A DNA stretch of 47,674 nt, taken from positions 9,954,802-10,002,475 of the forward strand of contig NC_069004.1 of NCBI RefSeq assembly GCF_001194135.2, in the 5' to 3' direction. Origin of the DNA: Octopus bimaculoides (Eukaryota). This document shows, piece after piece, positions 25,314-35,937 of this stretch. The notes under the pieces are model-generated. The model ran no database searches. It saw only the letters and a list, made by a program, of their open reading frames with translations, and was not told the origin of the DNA. The first letter of the stretch is position 1, and every line of letters begins with the position of its first letter. A program made the position numbers and the translations under genes.

Positions 25314-25520
25314 GTTTTTGTGTTTGTGTTTGTCCCCCCAACATTGCTTGACAACCGATGGTGGTGTGTTTACGTCCCCGTAACTTGGCGGTTCAGCAAA
25401 AGAGACCGATAGAATAAGTACTAGGCTTACAAAGAATAAGTCCTGGGGTTGATTAGCCCGACTAAAAGGCGGTGCTCCAGCATGGCCACAGTCAAGTAAC
25501 TGAAACAAGTAAAAGAGTAA
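25089..25520 (+). mobile_element. tRNA-derived SINE family A, full length
   Basis: Head ggcgtaggagtggctgtgtggtaag...ggttcagtcc (A/B boxes), ggcaccttgggcaaatgtcttctactatagcc, internal (TA)/(TG) microsatellite, tail tgaaacaagtaaaagagtaaa. A 3' half copy also lies at about 28040-28180 and a 5' half at about 34888-35060. Confidence 0.8.
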
Positions 25521-26092
25521 ATAAGGAAATCTGTGGTGAGGTTTACTACAATAATGTCTTAGAAGCTAGCAGATTTAGAGGTAAAGTAACATACACCCAC
25601 AATACCCTACAGTCCCAAACCAAAGGAAGGTAACAATTCCAGATCTTTCTCTGGTTGACATCCTCTCTTGACACAACATTTTGGGAAAAATTGGGGTCTC
25701 TATGATCGTTGACACCTTTCTTAGTAATCAATTGATTAATACTTCCTTGTTAATCTTAAATGTTTAATAATTATCTGTTGGGGAATCTTAGATTAAATAA
25801 CAGGACTAACTTGAATGTTTTATCACACACACACACACCTTTCTCCTACCCCCACTCCAAAATAGAAACTGAGGTCCACGGTAAATTTAGGAACACCAAC
25901 ATATACCACAAAATCTGTAAGTTGAGTCAGATATGGTGACATTTCAATAGTATGATGGAAATAAATTCTAGTTGCTGGGGAGGGTAGAGTTATCAACGAA
26001 AAATATATGGAGGCAGTGCTCTAGTAAGGTTACAGTCCAATGGCTGAAGTCTGTAAACAAATATACTTTGGTTCCTAAATTACTATAGTAGT

Positions 26093-26484
26093 GGTGTGTG
26101 GAGGCGCAATGGCCCAGTGGTTAGGGCAGCGGACTCGCAGTCATAGGATCGCGGTTTCGATTCCCAGACCGGGCATTGTGAGTGTTTATTGAGCGAAAAC
26201 ACCTAAAGCTCCACGAGGCTCCGGCAGAGGATGGTGGCGAACCCTGCTGTACTCTTTCACCACAACTTTCTCTCACTCTTACTTCCTGTTTCTGTTGTGC
26301 CTGTAATTCAAAGGGTCAGACTTGTCACACTGTGTCACGCTGATTATCCCCGAGAACTACGTTAAGGGTACACATGTGTCTGTGGAGTGCTCACCCACTT
26401 GCATGTTAATTTCACGAGCAGGCTGTTCCGTAGATCGGATCAACTGGAACCCTCGACGTCGTAAGCGACTGAGTGCCAACAACA
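26093..26484 (+). mobile_element. SINE family D, full length, with 8-bp TSD
   Basis: TSD atagtagt at 26085-92 and 26485-92; A box tggcccagtgg, B box ggtttcgattccc; (caa)n tail. Confidence 0.85.
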
Positions 26485-28374
26485 ATAGTAGTCTACATAT
26501 CATTTGATGTCTGCTTTGCCATGCTGATATGGGTTGGACAGATCTATTCCAGTACATCATTTTTTTTTTTCCATGATTTTTTCCAGTTGGAAACTCTTCC
26601 TTGTAGCAACCACTGCACAGCATGGACTGGGTACATTATACCGTGCTGCCAGACCTAGAGGTTATCTGCTGGGACCAAAACCCCTGGTCCACTTTGTAGT
26701 TTATAAGATTTTATTCAAAGTTACTGCTCTCCTGGATCAGCTGCCTTCGCTGCGGCTTCTATAACCCTCATCCCCTCCATGCAGTTAACACAGACCCCTT
26801 TTTGCTTGCTGTCGGTGTTGTTCATAGTACCCAACTTCTTACATTATGGCTGAGAAGCCCTGTCTCCAAGATGTTGGGAATACATTGAAATTGTCATGGC
26901 CAAATTTACTTACTATCACCAATCACTTTATTTCATGGATCGTGCTAATAAAAGTACAAAGTTTTTCTGCTAGGACTAAAGTGTCCCTGCACATGTATAT
27001 TCCAAGTTCAAAAGAAGTTATGTCTGGCTATTTAAAATAAGTCTGAAAACAAAGAGCCATAAGTAAAAGCAAAGTATATTTTGTCAGACTAAAAGTAGGG
27101 AGTCATTAGACAACCAAGCTGAATATTTCGCAGTGTTTGTTCCAACTTTGCACTCCAAGTTTCAATCCTGCTTAGGTCAACTTGAGGGTTGATAGGTTGG
27201 TAGGTTGGCAGAATTGTTAGAACATTAGGCAGGGTGTCTAACCAATATCTGTTCCAGTTCTGATCATTCTGAGTTCAAATCTCACCTCTTGTTACCAGAA
27301 AATCTTTTGTCAGGAGCTGCAGCTGAACAATGATATCAGCAACAGAATAAAAACAATGTAGAGCAGCAACAACATTTGAAACTTAAGTCTTTTGCACTAA
27401 GTGGAAAATCAGCTGCCACCACATACTCACACATCTATACACACATGTATAAGTATATATATAGAGATGCTTTGTATAAGTGTAGTAGTTGGCATGTGTA
27501 TGCATTCAAGTTATTTGTTTTTGTTTTTATTTAAAACCTTTTAATCCTTACCTGAGACCACCTGGTTGTATGATAGAAATTTCCTGTTTTAAAGGAAATC
27601 GTTATGATAACCTTCCATCAAAATTACATGTTAATTTATATTCCAAACACCATCTTAATAATGACAAAGTTATTTTACTAAATTCTTCATTATTTTGAAA
27701 ATTAATTGAAACAAAGGCTGTATATGTCTATAGAAATATGCAGCAATGAAGAGGTTAATGAGAAGATAAAATTGAGTTTGCTACATCCATGTAATTCTTC
27801 TTTATTTATCATGGTATTGGACAAATTTAAAGCCATCTTAGTTTTCTTTAAACATGGCTATTTGTCCATCACCTTTTAACTCCCCACTGCTCCAACTCAC
27901 TGATGTGAGTTACCCTGACCTAGTCACTCTGTGGCCCACACAGTTACATGATCAGTCAGTATCCAGTGCTGTGTAGGACATTCAAAGTGGAAATGTTCTG
28001 TGGTGGAGGTTCTGTTGACAGGAAATTAAACAATGGTGTACAAAAGAGACCGATAGAATAAGTACTAGGCTTACAAAGAATAAGTCCTGGGGGTCTAGTT
28101 TCTTTGACTAAAAAAAATTTCTTTAAGGTGGTGCTCCAGCATGGCTGCAGTCAAATGACTGAAACAAATAAAAGAAAAAATATCTGAGGCCTTGAATGGT
28201 TTGAACTAGCTGACACCTTGCAATATTCTGTTCCATTTTTGGTTGAGCCAGATATGCTGGCCCTGTGAGGCCCTAACTATAATTGAAATGATACCTGTAG
28301 GTAATTAACATATGTGGTGCCAGTGAATCCAATATCCCAGTCTTTGGAAATGTTGTCTCCTAATAACTATAATA

Positions 28375-28760
28375 ATAGTTCTTTCTAATTTTGGCACAAG
28401 GCCAGCAATTTTAGGGGAGAGGAAATCAGTTACATTCATTTCCAGAACTTGGACTGGTATTTTATTTTATTGACCCCCTAAAAGGATGAAAGGAAAAGAT
28501 ATCCTCAGCAAAATTTGAACTCAGAACATAAAGTGCTGGAAGAAATGCCACTAAACATTTTTGTCTGCCCCCCCCCCCACCTTAGCAATAACAACAACAG
28601 TAATAATAATTTCTGACATAGGCACAAAGCCAAAAGTTGGGAGGAGAGGTTAGTCTATTAAGCCACCCCCAATGCTCGACCGGTACTTTATTTTATTGAC
28701 CCTAAAGGATGGAAGGCAAAATTGACTTTGGTAAGGTTTAAAATCAGAACATGAAAAGCA
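28375..28760 (-). mobile_element. Two old SINE family B copies, CpG-decayed
   Basis: tttattttattgacccctaaaaggatgaaagg and tttattgaccctaaaggatggaaggcaaaattgac. Confidence 0.65.
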
Positions 28761-29009
28761 GGAACAAACATCATAAGTTTTGAGATTCTCTCAGTTTTGC
28801 CATTGAACTGTCATATATTTGTTTTTTCTTTTCATTGTCCAATCTTCGATTGATCTTTTTATTTACGTATATTTGGTCTTATCATTTTAGGCCAGCTCCA
28901 CAGATACTTTATTGTTGAGTTTATCCTTATGCTGGTACTTAATTTGGGGTGGAACACCCCAAGCAGGTACTTTAATCATAAGGTGCTTCTCACTGCAAGA
29001 ATATTGTCA

Positions 29010-29130
29010 TTGAGTTCTGCTCCATGCAGGTACTCTGTTGTCAAGTTCTACCTCTAACATATTCTATTGTCAAAATCTGCCTTATGCAGGTACTCTATTG
29101 TCAAAATCTCCCTCATGCAGATACCTTGCT
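29010..29130. repeat. Degenerate minisatellite, unit about 31 bp (atgcaggtactctattgtcaaaatctgcct)
   Basis: About 4 diverged units. Confidence 0.6.
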
Positions 29131-29845
29131 GTAAAGGTCAACCCTCTATTGGTATCTAACATTTACTATTGATGATCTGTAAGGCCGAGTCTACAAACGA
29201 CGGTCTATTTTTGCACCATTTGTCTCTTTGGCAATGCTCCTCTTACCAATCCTCAATGACTACATGTCTTGCGTTGGGAAAAGTGGATTGCTTAATAACT
29301 CTATATTTTTATATTTTGTCGAGTAACAAATCAAGCACTTAATTCTACTTGTTGAGTGATTATTAATATTAATTATTATTATTGAGTAGCATCTAGTCAG
29401 CTAAGCCCCGCTGTGAACAAGCCTTTATCAGAGAGACCACAAGTCATGCATATCAAATATATAGTAGCCATCAGTTTTCGGCTGTGGCCATTACAACTTT
29501 ATTGCCGAGGAAGAAGAAGAGGGGACATTTTAAATTCTGAGATTTAAGGGACTTCAAGCATGAAGCCCTGGAGAATTTGTTGAACAATTTACATGCTACA
29601 TCAAACAAGTCGATCGATGTGGTTGAAGTTGTATTCAACAGCTCATGTGGTTCCTGGTTAAAGTCACAGAACTAGTGGGGGTCAGGTGGTCCCTCACTGG
29701 TTCTACTTTTTAAGGGAGACGTTAGGGTGAGTGTCAGGGATGTCACCTGACCATGGACAATGTTTATAAGCTGTAACTATCCAACCCCTACTTGTATTGA
29801 GATTAAGAGTCCTATGTATGCATCATGCATGTGTGTGTATGTATA

Positions 29846-29884
<39 letters not shown>

Positions 29885-30730
29885 TTAAGATTTATGTTTT
29901 ACCGATATGATATATATACACACACACAAATATGTATGTGTATATATATATATATAAACATTTTTTTCCAAGTTGTTTGGATAAGTTGTGTATAAATTGT
30001 AACTTGAAAAGAAACTAACAAAAGCAACTATCGTTGGTTTACACAAAAATATTTCAATGGGTTTTTTTTTTTGGCCTTTTTTTTTTTTATAATTTTATTT
30101 TTTTGCCTTTTCCACATTGAATTTGCAGTTTGGCTGGTAAATTTGCTGTAAAAAAATTGTCTCATTTCATGCAAAAAAAAGAAAGAAAAAGGAAAGGAAA
30201 AATATACCTCTTGTAAATAAATGATTTCTTTTTTTGACCAAATATTCAGAACTTCTGGGAAGTTTTAGTTGGTACCGGTGGGAGCAACAGAATTGTAATG
30301 CAATTGTTAAAAAACAAAAAACAAAAAAAAATCAAACATGTTTAAACAATAAAAAACACATTGTCAATTCATGATGTATATAATAAAGATGTGGACAGAT
30401 GATTATTATTATTATTATTATTAATACTACAACTACTGCTACTACCACCATTTTCTTTTCCCTTTCTGGAAAATCATTAAAAAAATAAAAACATTAGAAA
30501 AATGTCTTTTTATGATTTTTTTTTCTTTCTTTTTTTATTATTTTACTGGTTTCCATTGTTGGGCTGCAACCATCTTGAAGGGTTTCAGTAATATTCTTTA
30601 GTTTGCTTTCAAAGGTCACCATTTTCAGTGGAGATTGTAAGTCAATTACATCAACCCTGGTACTCAACCTGTACTTGCTTTATCAACCCCCAAAAAGATG
30701 ACAGGCAAAGTCAACTTCAGTGGAATTTAA

Positions 30731-30938
30731 CCCTTTAGCATTCAGATTACTGTCGAATGTAATGCTTATTTATTTATTTATATTGCTTTGAATTAATCCT
30801 ACATTATCTTATAGCTTTAAGCTTTTAATAATGTAATTGCTTATTTTTTGAATGACATTGTAGGATAGGTGTGAGGCCAGATCTGGCTATTTTAAACATA
30901 AAATAGGTAGAATATTGGCTGGTTTAAATGCTAAAGGG
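30731..30938. mobile_element. piggyBac-type MITE family 1 (208 bp), nested in a SINE B copy (about 30590-30995, minus)
   Basis: TTAA at 30727-30 and 30939-42; perfect 12-bp TIR ccctttagcatt/aatgctaaaggg. Removing it restores ggaatttaaactcagaatg (SINE consensus ggaatttgaactcagaac). Confidence 0.88.
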
Positions 30939-31113
30939 TTAAACTCAGAATGTTGAGTCAGATGAAATGCCACTAAGCATTTTGCCCTGCATGCTTACCA
31001 CCTTAATGTAATATTATTTACATTTATTAATGTAATATTATTTATATTACCTCTAGTATTTATTTGGTCCTCATTTCAGATAACTATTTCATCATCATTG
31101 TTTAATGATTTTT

Positions 31114-31548
31114 ACCTTTGGAAATGGGCTGTGCGTGAGAAGACCCGGCAAGCCAAGTAAGATCGTTGCCAGTGCCCCTGGACTGGTTCTTGTGCGGGTG
31201 GCACATGAGATGCACCATTTTGAGCGTGGCCGTTGCCAGTACCGCCTGACTGGCTCCTGTAGGATTTTCGAGCGAGATCGTTGCCAGTGCCCCTGGACTG
31301 GCTTGTGCGGGTGGCACATAAAAGACACCATTTCGAGCGTGGCCGTTTTCGTGCGGGTGACACGTAAAAGCACCCACTACACTCTCTGAGTGGTTGGCGT
31401 TAGGAAGGGCATCCAGCTGTAGAAACTCTGCCAAATCAGACTGGAGCCTGGTGTTGCCATCCGGTTTCACCAGTCCTCAGTCAAATCGTCCAACCCATGC
31501 TAGCATGGAAAGCGGACGTTAAACGATGATGATGATGATGATGATGAT
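31114..31548 (+). mobile_element. 5'-truncated RTE-clade LINE
   Basis: Ends the ORF (...LWKWAVREKTRQAK*), followed by a VNTR-bearing 3' UTR and a (GAT)n tail. Confidence 0.82.
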
Positions 31549-32370
31549 CCAATGACAATAGGATAAAAAGTGTAATGGGTGCTTTTGTTTGCCACTGGCA
31601 CATGTCAGTTGTGTGACCCTGATATCTACCATGACTACGATTTCACTTGACTTGATGGGTCTTCTTCTCAAGCACAGCATTGAAAACAATTAAGATCTGA
31701 GAGAGGAAGGCCTTCCCTCAAGGAAATATATAATGCAGTGCAGCAAAATAAAACAAGGGTCCAACTACAGAGAAGCATAACACAGGCCAGAGTTGAGAAC
31801 AGTGAAGAGAAGTTGATGGTTTATACTTCCTAGGCAGCAAAGGGCTTAAGTGGTTATGTTGTAGAGAATAAGTACTGAGATTTATTATAATTGTTGTATA
31901 AAGTACGTTGAAAGAGTTCACCCATCCTAAATAAAGCAAGAAACAAAATTGAACGTGACTTTTGAACTTTAGCACTGTAGACTATTGTTGAGACTGTACA
32001 ACATTCTACATTTATATAAAAGAGCCTCCAAGATTGTTGTGAATGATAAGATTAATGTTCCGCAAGAATTAGTTGACAGCTGCAGCGAAAATGTGAAAAA
32101 TGAACTGCAGAGAGGAAGTTGATTTAGGTAGTTGTCATTTCTCATTTGAAAACATCTTCATAAAATTCTGGCAAAATGCTGTTTTTTATCCAATGACAAT
32201 AACACTTAACTGAATGTCTTGACGGAAGTAATCTACAGAAATTTGGCAAATGAGGAATCTGAAAATACAATCTTTTGTGATTCAACAATGTTAAGATAGG
32301 TAATTGCTTCTTGTATTGGCACAGATCCACTAACTTCTGGAGTAGTAGTGTAGTAGCAACAACAACAGTA

Positions 32371-32834
32371 ATCATCATCATCATCATCATCATTTAACGT
32401 CCGCTTTCCATGCTAGCATGGGTTGGACGACTTGACTGAGGACTGGTGAAACCGGATGGCAACACCAGGCTCCAATCTAAATTTGGCAGAGTTTCTACAG
32501 CTGGATGCCCTTCCTAACGCCAACCACTCAGAGAGTGTAGGTGCTTTTACGTGTCACCTGCACGAAGGCCAGTCAGGCGATACTGGCAACGGCCACGCTC
32601 GAAATGGTGTCTTTTATGTGCCACCCACACAAGCCAGTCCAGGGGCACTGGCAACGATCTCGCTCGAAAATCCTACGAAGGCCAGTCAGGCGGTACTGGC
32701 AACGGCCACGCTCAAAATGGTGCATCTTATGTGCCAGTCCAGGGGCACTGGCAACGATCTTACTTGGCTTGCCGGGTCTTCTCACGCACAGCACATTTCC
32801 AAAGGTCTCGGTCAGTAGTCATCGCCTCGGTGAG
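32371..32834 (-). mobile_element. 5'-truncated RTE-clade LINE
   Basis: Minus frame LTEAMTTDRDLWKCAVREKTRQAK* is a typical RTE ORF end (DR-x-x-W); (GAT)n tail. Confidence 0.82.
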
Positions 32835-33589
32835 TAATATTCAGCTGAATCTACAACAGATTATTGCCTGATGTGTTTTTTATTGGTCCTGAAGGAATAA
32901 AAGATTAAACCTGTCTCAGCTGGATTCTACCAATTCTATTCATCATAAGGCTTTGATTGGTTCAAGGCTTTAACAGAAGACACCAGCCCAAGGTGCCATG
33001 CAGTGGAATTCAACTTGAAACCATATGGTTGGGAGGCAAACATTTTATCCACACAACCACTTGTAAAGTTAAAAGTTATTTTGAAACAAAAACAAAAAAT
33101 ATTGACTGTATTTGATATTTTTATACAAATTTTATTTTCTTTTAGGACAGTAAAGTACACAAAAACTAGTTAAGATACAGGAGTACCACAGCATGCACTG
33201 TACTCAAAAAGTCAATTACTTATCTTGATGCTACTAAACACTGGAAATTTCCACTTCTAGAGGGAACAAAACCCATTCATTCAAATTGACAGGAAAGAAA
33301 ATACAGATTTGGAATGAACAACAGAAACCAAATACAGCATCAGCTGAGGTAAGGAGTAAGGCAATGAAAGAAATGTTGGGGTTCATTTTCTAAACTCTTA
33401 CCTTTCAAGTCCATCTGAATGTGTTGACAAATCATATGGATGAAGATGGGAAGTTAGAAAAAGACTTCAAGTACAAGGCACACACATACTGTCTCTTTGA
33501 CAGCAGCTTCATTATAAAATGTCAGAAAATCACGCACACAAAAAAAAAATTCATAAAAAACATGAAACCAGTGAAAGAGTCACTATACT

Positions 33590-33930
33590 GTCATTCAACC
33601 TAGTAGAAATAGCAGCCAAATTTCCCTCAAATTTGACCCTGCCGTCTCAAAAATGGAAGGGTTACTTTGGCTAATCTGGTCTAAGAGATATAATAGTTAT
33701 GGATGGTAAATCTTTGATTATAGTCTGCTCTACATGAAGAAGAAAATTTCTTTTTAAGTCATCAAACCAGTGAGGGAGTCTCTATGTGGTCACGCAACAT
33801 GCTAGAAATAGCAGCTAGATCTCTTAAATCCTTAAATCACATGCTGCCATCTTTAAAAAAGGACTCAGATAATGTATTCCTAGATGTCTTGGAGCAGATT
33901 ATTCATGGCTTGATTATAGATCTGCTGAGT
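33590..33930 (+). repeat. Two copies of an unclassified interspersed repeat (tagaaatagcagccaaatttccctcaaat...)
   Basis: Same motif at about 4560-4745 (-), 13370-13740, 37960-38140, 45590 (-) and 46160. Confidence 0.6.
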
Positions 33931-33959
33931 AAGGGCTAACTTTGGACAAAATAATGACA

Positions 33960-34125
33960 GTTGAAAATTAAAAAAAAAAAAATAATTAAATAAAGAATGA
34001 AAAAACACACGTATCCAGGTAAATGTCTGCCAATAACAATTAAAATTAAAATTTAAAAAAAAATTAATTAAATAAAGAATGAAAAAACACACGTGTCCAG
34101 GTAAATGTCTGCCAATAACAATTTT
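33960..34125. repeat. Direct tandem duplication, about 80 bp
   Basis: aattaaataaagaatgaaaaaacacacgt(a/g)tccaggtaaatgtctgccaataacaatt occurs twice. Confidence 0.85.
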
Positions 34126-34155
34126 TACAGAAAGTAAACTGGAAAAAAAAAGATG

Positions 34156-34341
34156 AGATTACTCAGTCAAATGTGATGCTTATTTATTCATATTGAATAA
34201 CTTGTGTGTTATCTTGTAGCTTCAAGATACTGATGATGTGATTGCTTATATTCAGAATATGGGATTGGTATGAGAGGTCGGATCTGGCCAGTTTGAGCAT
34301 AAAACAGGCAAAATATTTGGGCTGGTTTAAATGCTAAAGAT
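34156..34341. mobile_element. piggyBac-type MITE family 1, left TIR lost, immediately 3' of the TFAM stop
   Basis: Colinear with 30731-30938; right end gctggtttaaatgctaaag. Confidence 0.75.
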
Positions 34342-34355
34342 TTAATTGGTAAATC

Positions 34356-34619
34356 TTAACTTTGCTCTTGGCTTACAACTTTAGGTGTCTTTGTGGATTT
34401 TGATTTTTTTTTTGCTCTCTTACTTTTTCTAATTTTAACCTTTTTGGCTTTTACTACAACCTTCTTCTTTTTGGCTTTTTTCACTTTTTTAACCTTTTTA
34501 CTTGGTCTCCTGTAGCCTCGAATCAAATCCAAACGTCCCTCTTCCAACATTAGTTTTTCCCAGTTCATCATTTGTACAGCATATTTCTCGCGTTCCAATC
34601 GAGCTTCTTCATTATAAAT
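34356..34619 (-). CDS. TFAM: TFAM exon 7: end of HMG box B plus lysine-rich C-terminal tail
   Basis: Minus-strand acceptor ttatttctttag, IYNEEARLEREKYAVQMMNWEKLMLEEGRLDLIRGYRRPSKKVKK...SQEQS-TAA; matches the human TFAM helix 3/tail pattern (recalled: MKSWEEQMIEVGRKDLLR). Confidence 0.94.
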   Translation of the reverse strand: MYNEEARLEREKYAVQMMNWEKLMLEEGRLDLIRGYRRPSKKVKKVKKAKKKKVVVKAKKVKIRKSKRAKKKSKSTKTPKVVSQEQS

Positions 34620-34764
34620 CTAAAGAAATAAAAATAAAAAGCTCCATCATGTTATAATGAAAAAAAAATTAACATCCTGAAATACAATATGAACACACAT
34701 TAGTTCATCAATTGCTCTACTAATTAATAACAAGTGGCATTTTTTATGAAAATAGGCTGTTTAC

Positions 34765-34821
34765 CTCTTTTTCTTCTTTTGGCAAATTTTTCCAGGTATT
34801 TGCTAATTGCTTTGAAAAGTC
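34765..34821 (-). CDS. TFAM: TFAM exon 6 (57 nt)
   Basis: ttccttcag acceptor, DFSKQLANTWKNLPKEEKE, GTAAAC donor; HMG box B W-x-x-L-x-x-x-E-K motif. Confidence 0.94.
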
Positions 34822-35120
34822 CTGAAGGAAGAAGAAAAAATGTTATAAAATCAAGTTAATTAAATTAATGAAGATCTTTGTTCCATAAGCACTGGAATGG
34901 TTGTGTGGTTGGGCACTTTGCATCTGAGTCATAATTTCAGGTTCACTTCTACTGCATGGCACCTTGGGCAAGTATCTTCTATTATATAGCCTCAAGCCAA
35001 CTAATGCCTTGTAAGTAGATTTGGTATAAAAAACTGTGTTGAAGCCTCACACACACACACACATATTATATACACAACCATATATGCATATATATAAATA
35101 TATATGTACACACACACACA

Positions 35121-35169
<49 letters not shown>

Positions 35170-35172
35170 GTA

Positions 35173-35470
35173 TTGCGGCATCCCATAAATAATGCAGTTT
35201 TTTCAATTGCATGAACTAAAAGTCGGAGGGGGATGGGATAAACTATCTGCATCAACTTGCTATAAAAGCAGGTGGTAATTTTACCTTCTGCTTATTCTTA
35301 GTGCAAGTTTTGAAGAGTGCAGTTCGATTTTAGCAGTTATTTTTCCAAAGCTGTAATGGAAGTGACAAAGGAGCATATTCGGCATATTTCGCTTTATGAG
35401 TTCAATAAAGGCAACAATGCAATAGAAAGTACAAAGAATATTAATACAGTATGTGGGGATCGGGACAATT
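35173..35470 (+). mobile_element. Mariner element 5' fragment (TIR plus transposase HTH start)
   Basis: TA then ttgcggcatcccataaataatgcagtttt; ATG at 35356 gives MEVTKEHIRHISLYEFNKGNNAIESTKNINTVCGDR, the mariner N-terminal HTH; truncated. Confidence 0.85.
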
Positions 35471-35479
35471 TTACTTAAC

Positions 35480-35620
35480 CTGACATGTCTCTCAGGCACA
35501 GCAAACCACCAAAAGTCTCAGTCCCCTGACATCCCCTCTGTGATGCCCAACATCTGAAGATCCTTTCTCACCACTTTGTCCCACATCTTCCTGGGTTTAA
35601 TCCTTCCACAATTCCTGCTT
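35480..35620 (-). mobile_element. Old RTE LINE ORF C-terminal fragment
   Basis: GRIKPRKMWDKVVRKDLQMLGITEGMSGD* then gacttttggtggtttgctgtgcctgagagac, matching the ORF end at 32834-32760. Confidence 0.7.
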
Positions 35621-35841
35621 GATGCAGCTATATATACGACAGGCTTCTTTGAGTTATAAGCTATAAGAATCAAAATATGAGGTGGGGCACTTAGTATGTG
35701 CACTCATCCTGCACCTCGTGTTAACTCTCTCTGTATCTCTCTTTTACTCTCCCTCAACAATCTAAAACATGATGAGATGAAGCAACTAACCAACCAACAT
35801 TTATATTGGCTATAAAATGACAAAAAAAAAAAAAAACTTAC

Positions 35842-35937
35842 AATAAATGGAAGATTTCCACGTTCAACTTTTGATGCTTGGACAAAAATAGCATAGGAGT
35901 TCATTGGCCTTCGTGGCCTGCCATGTTTCCGCTCAGA
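35842..35937 (-). CDS. TFAM: TFAM exon 5 (96 nt)
   Basis: aactttctag acceptor, SERKHGRPRRPMNSYAIFVQASKVERGNLPFI, GTAAGT donor; start of HMG box B (PRRPMNSY). Confidence 0.94.

Noticed and set aside
27531-27758. Possible third TTAA-ended MITE
   Set aside because: The right end gaggttaa is suggestive, but the left TIR is too degenerate to support from this window alone.
31095-32871. Multiple overlapping ORFs of 73-122 aa (also 22219-22566)
   Set aside because: They read through the GC-rich RTE 3' UTR repeat, mostly antisense; not host genes.
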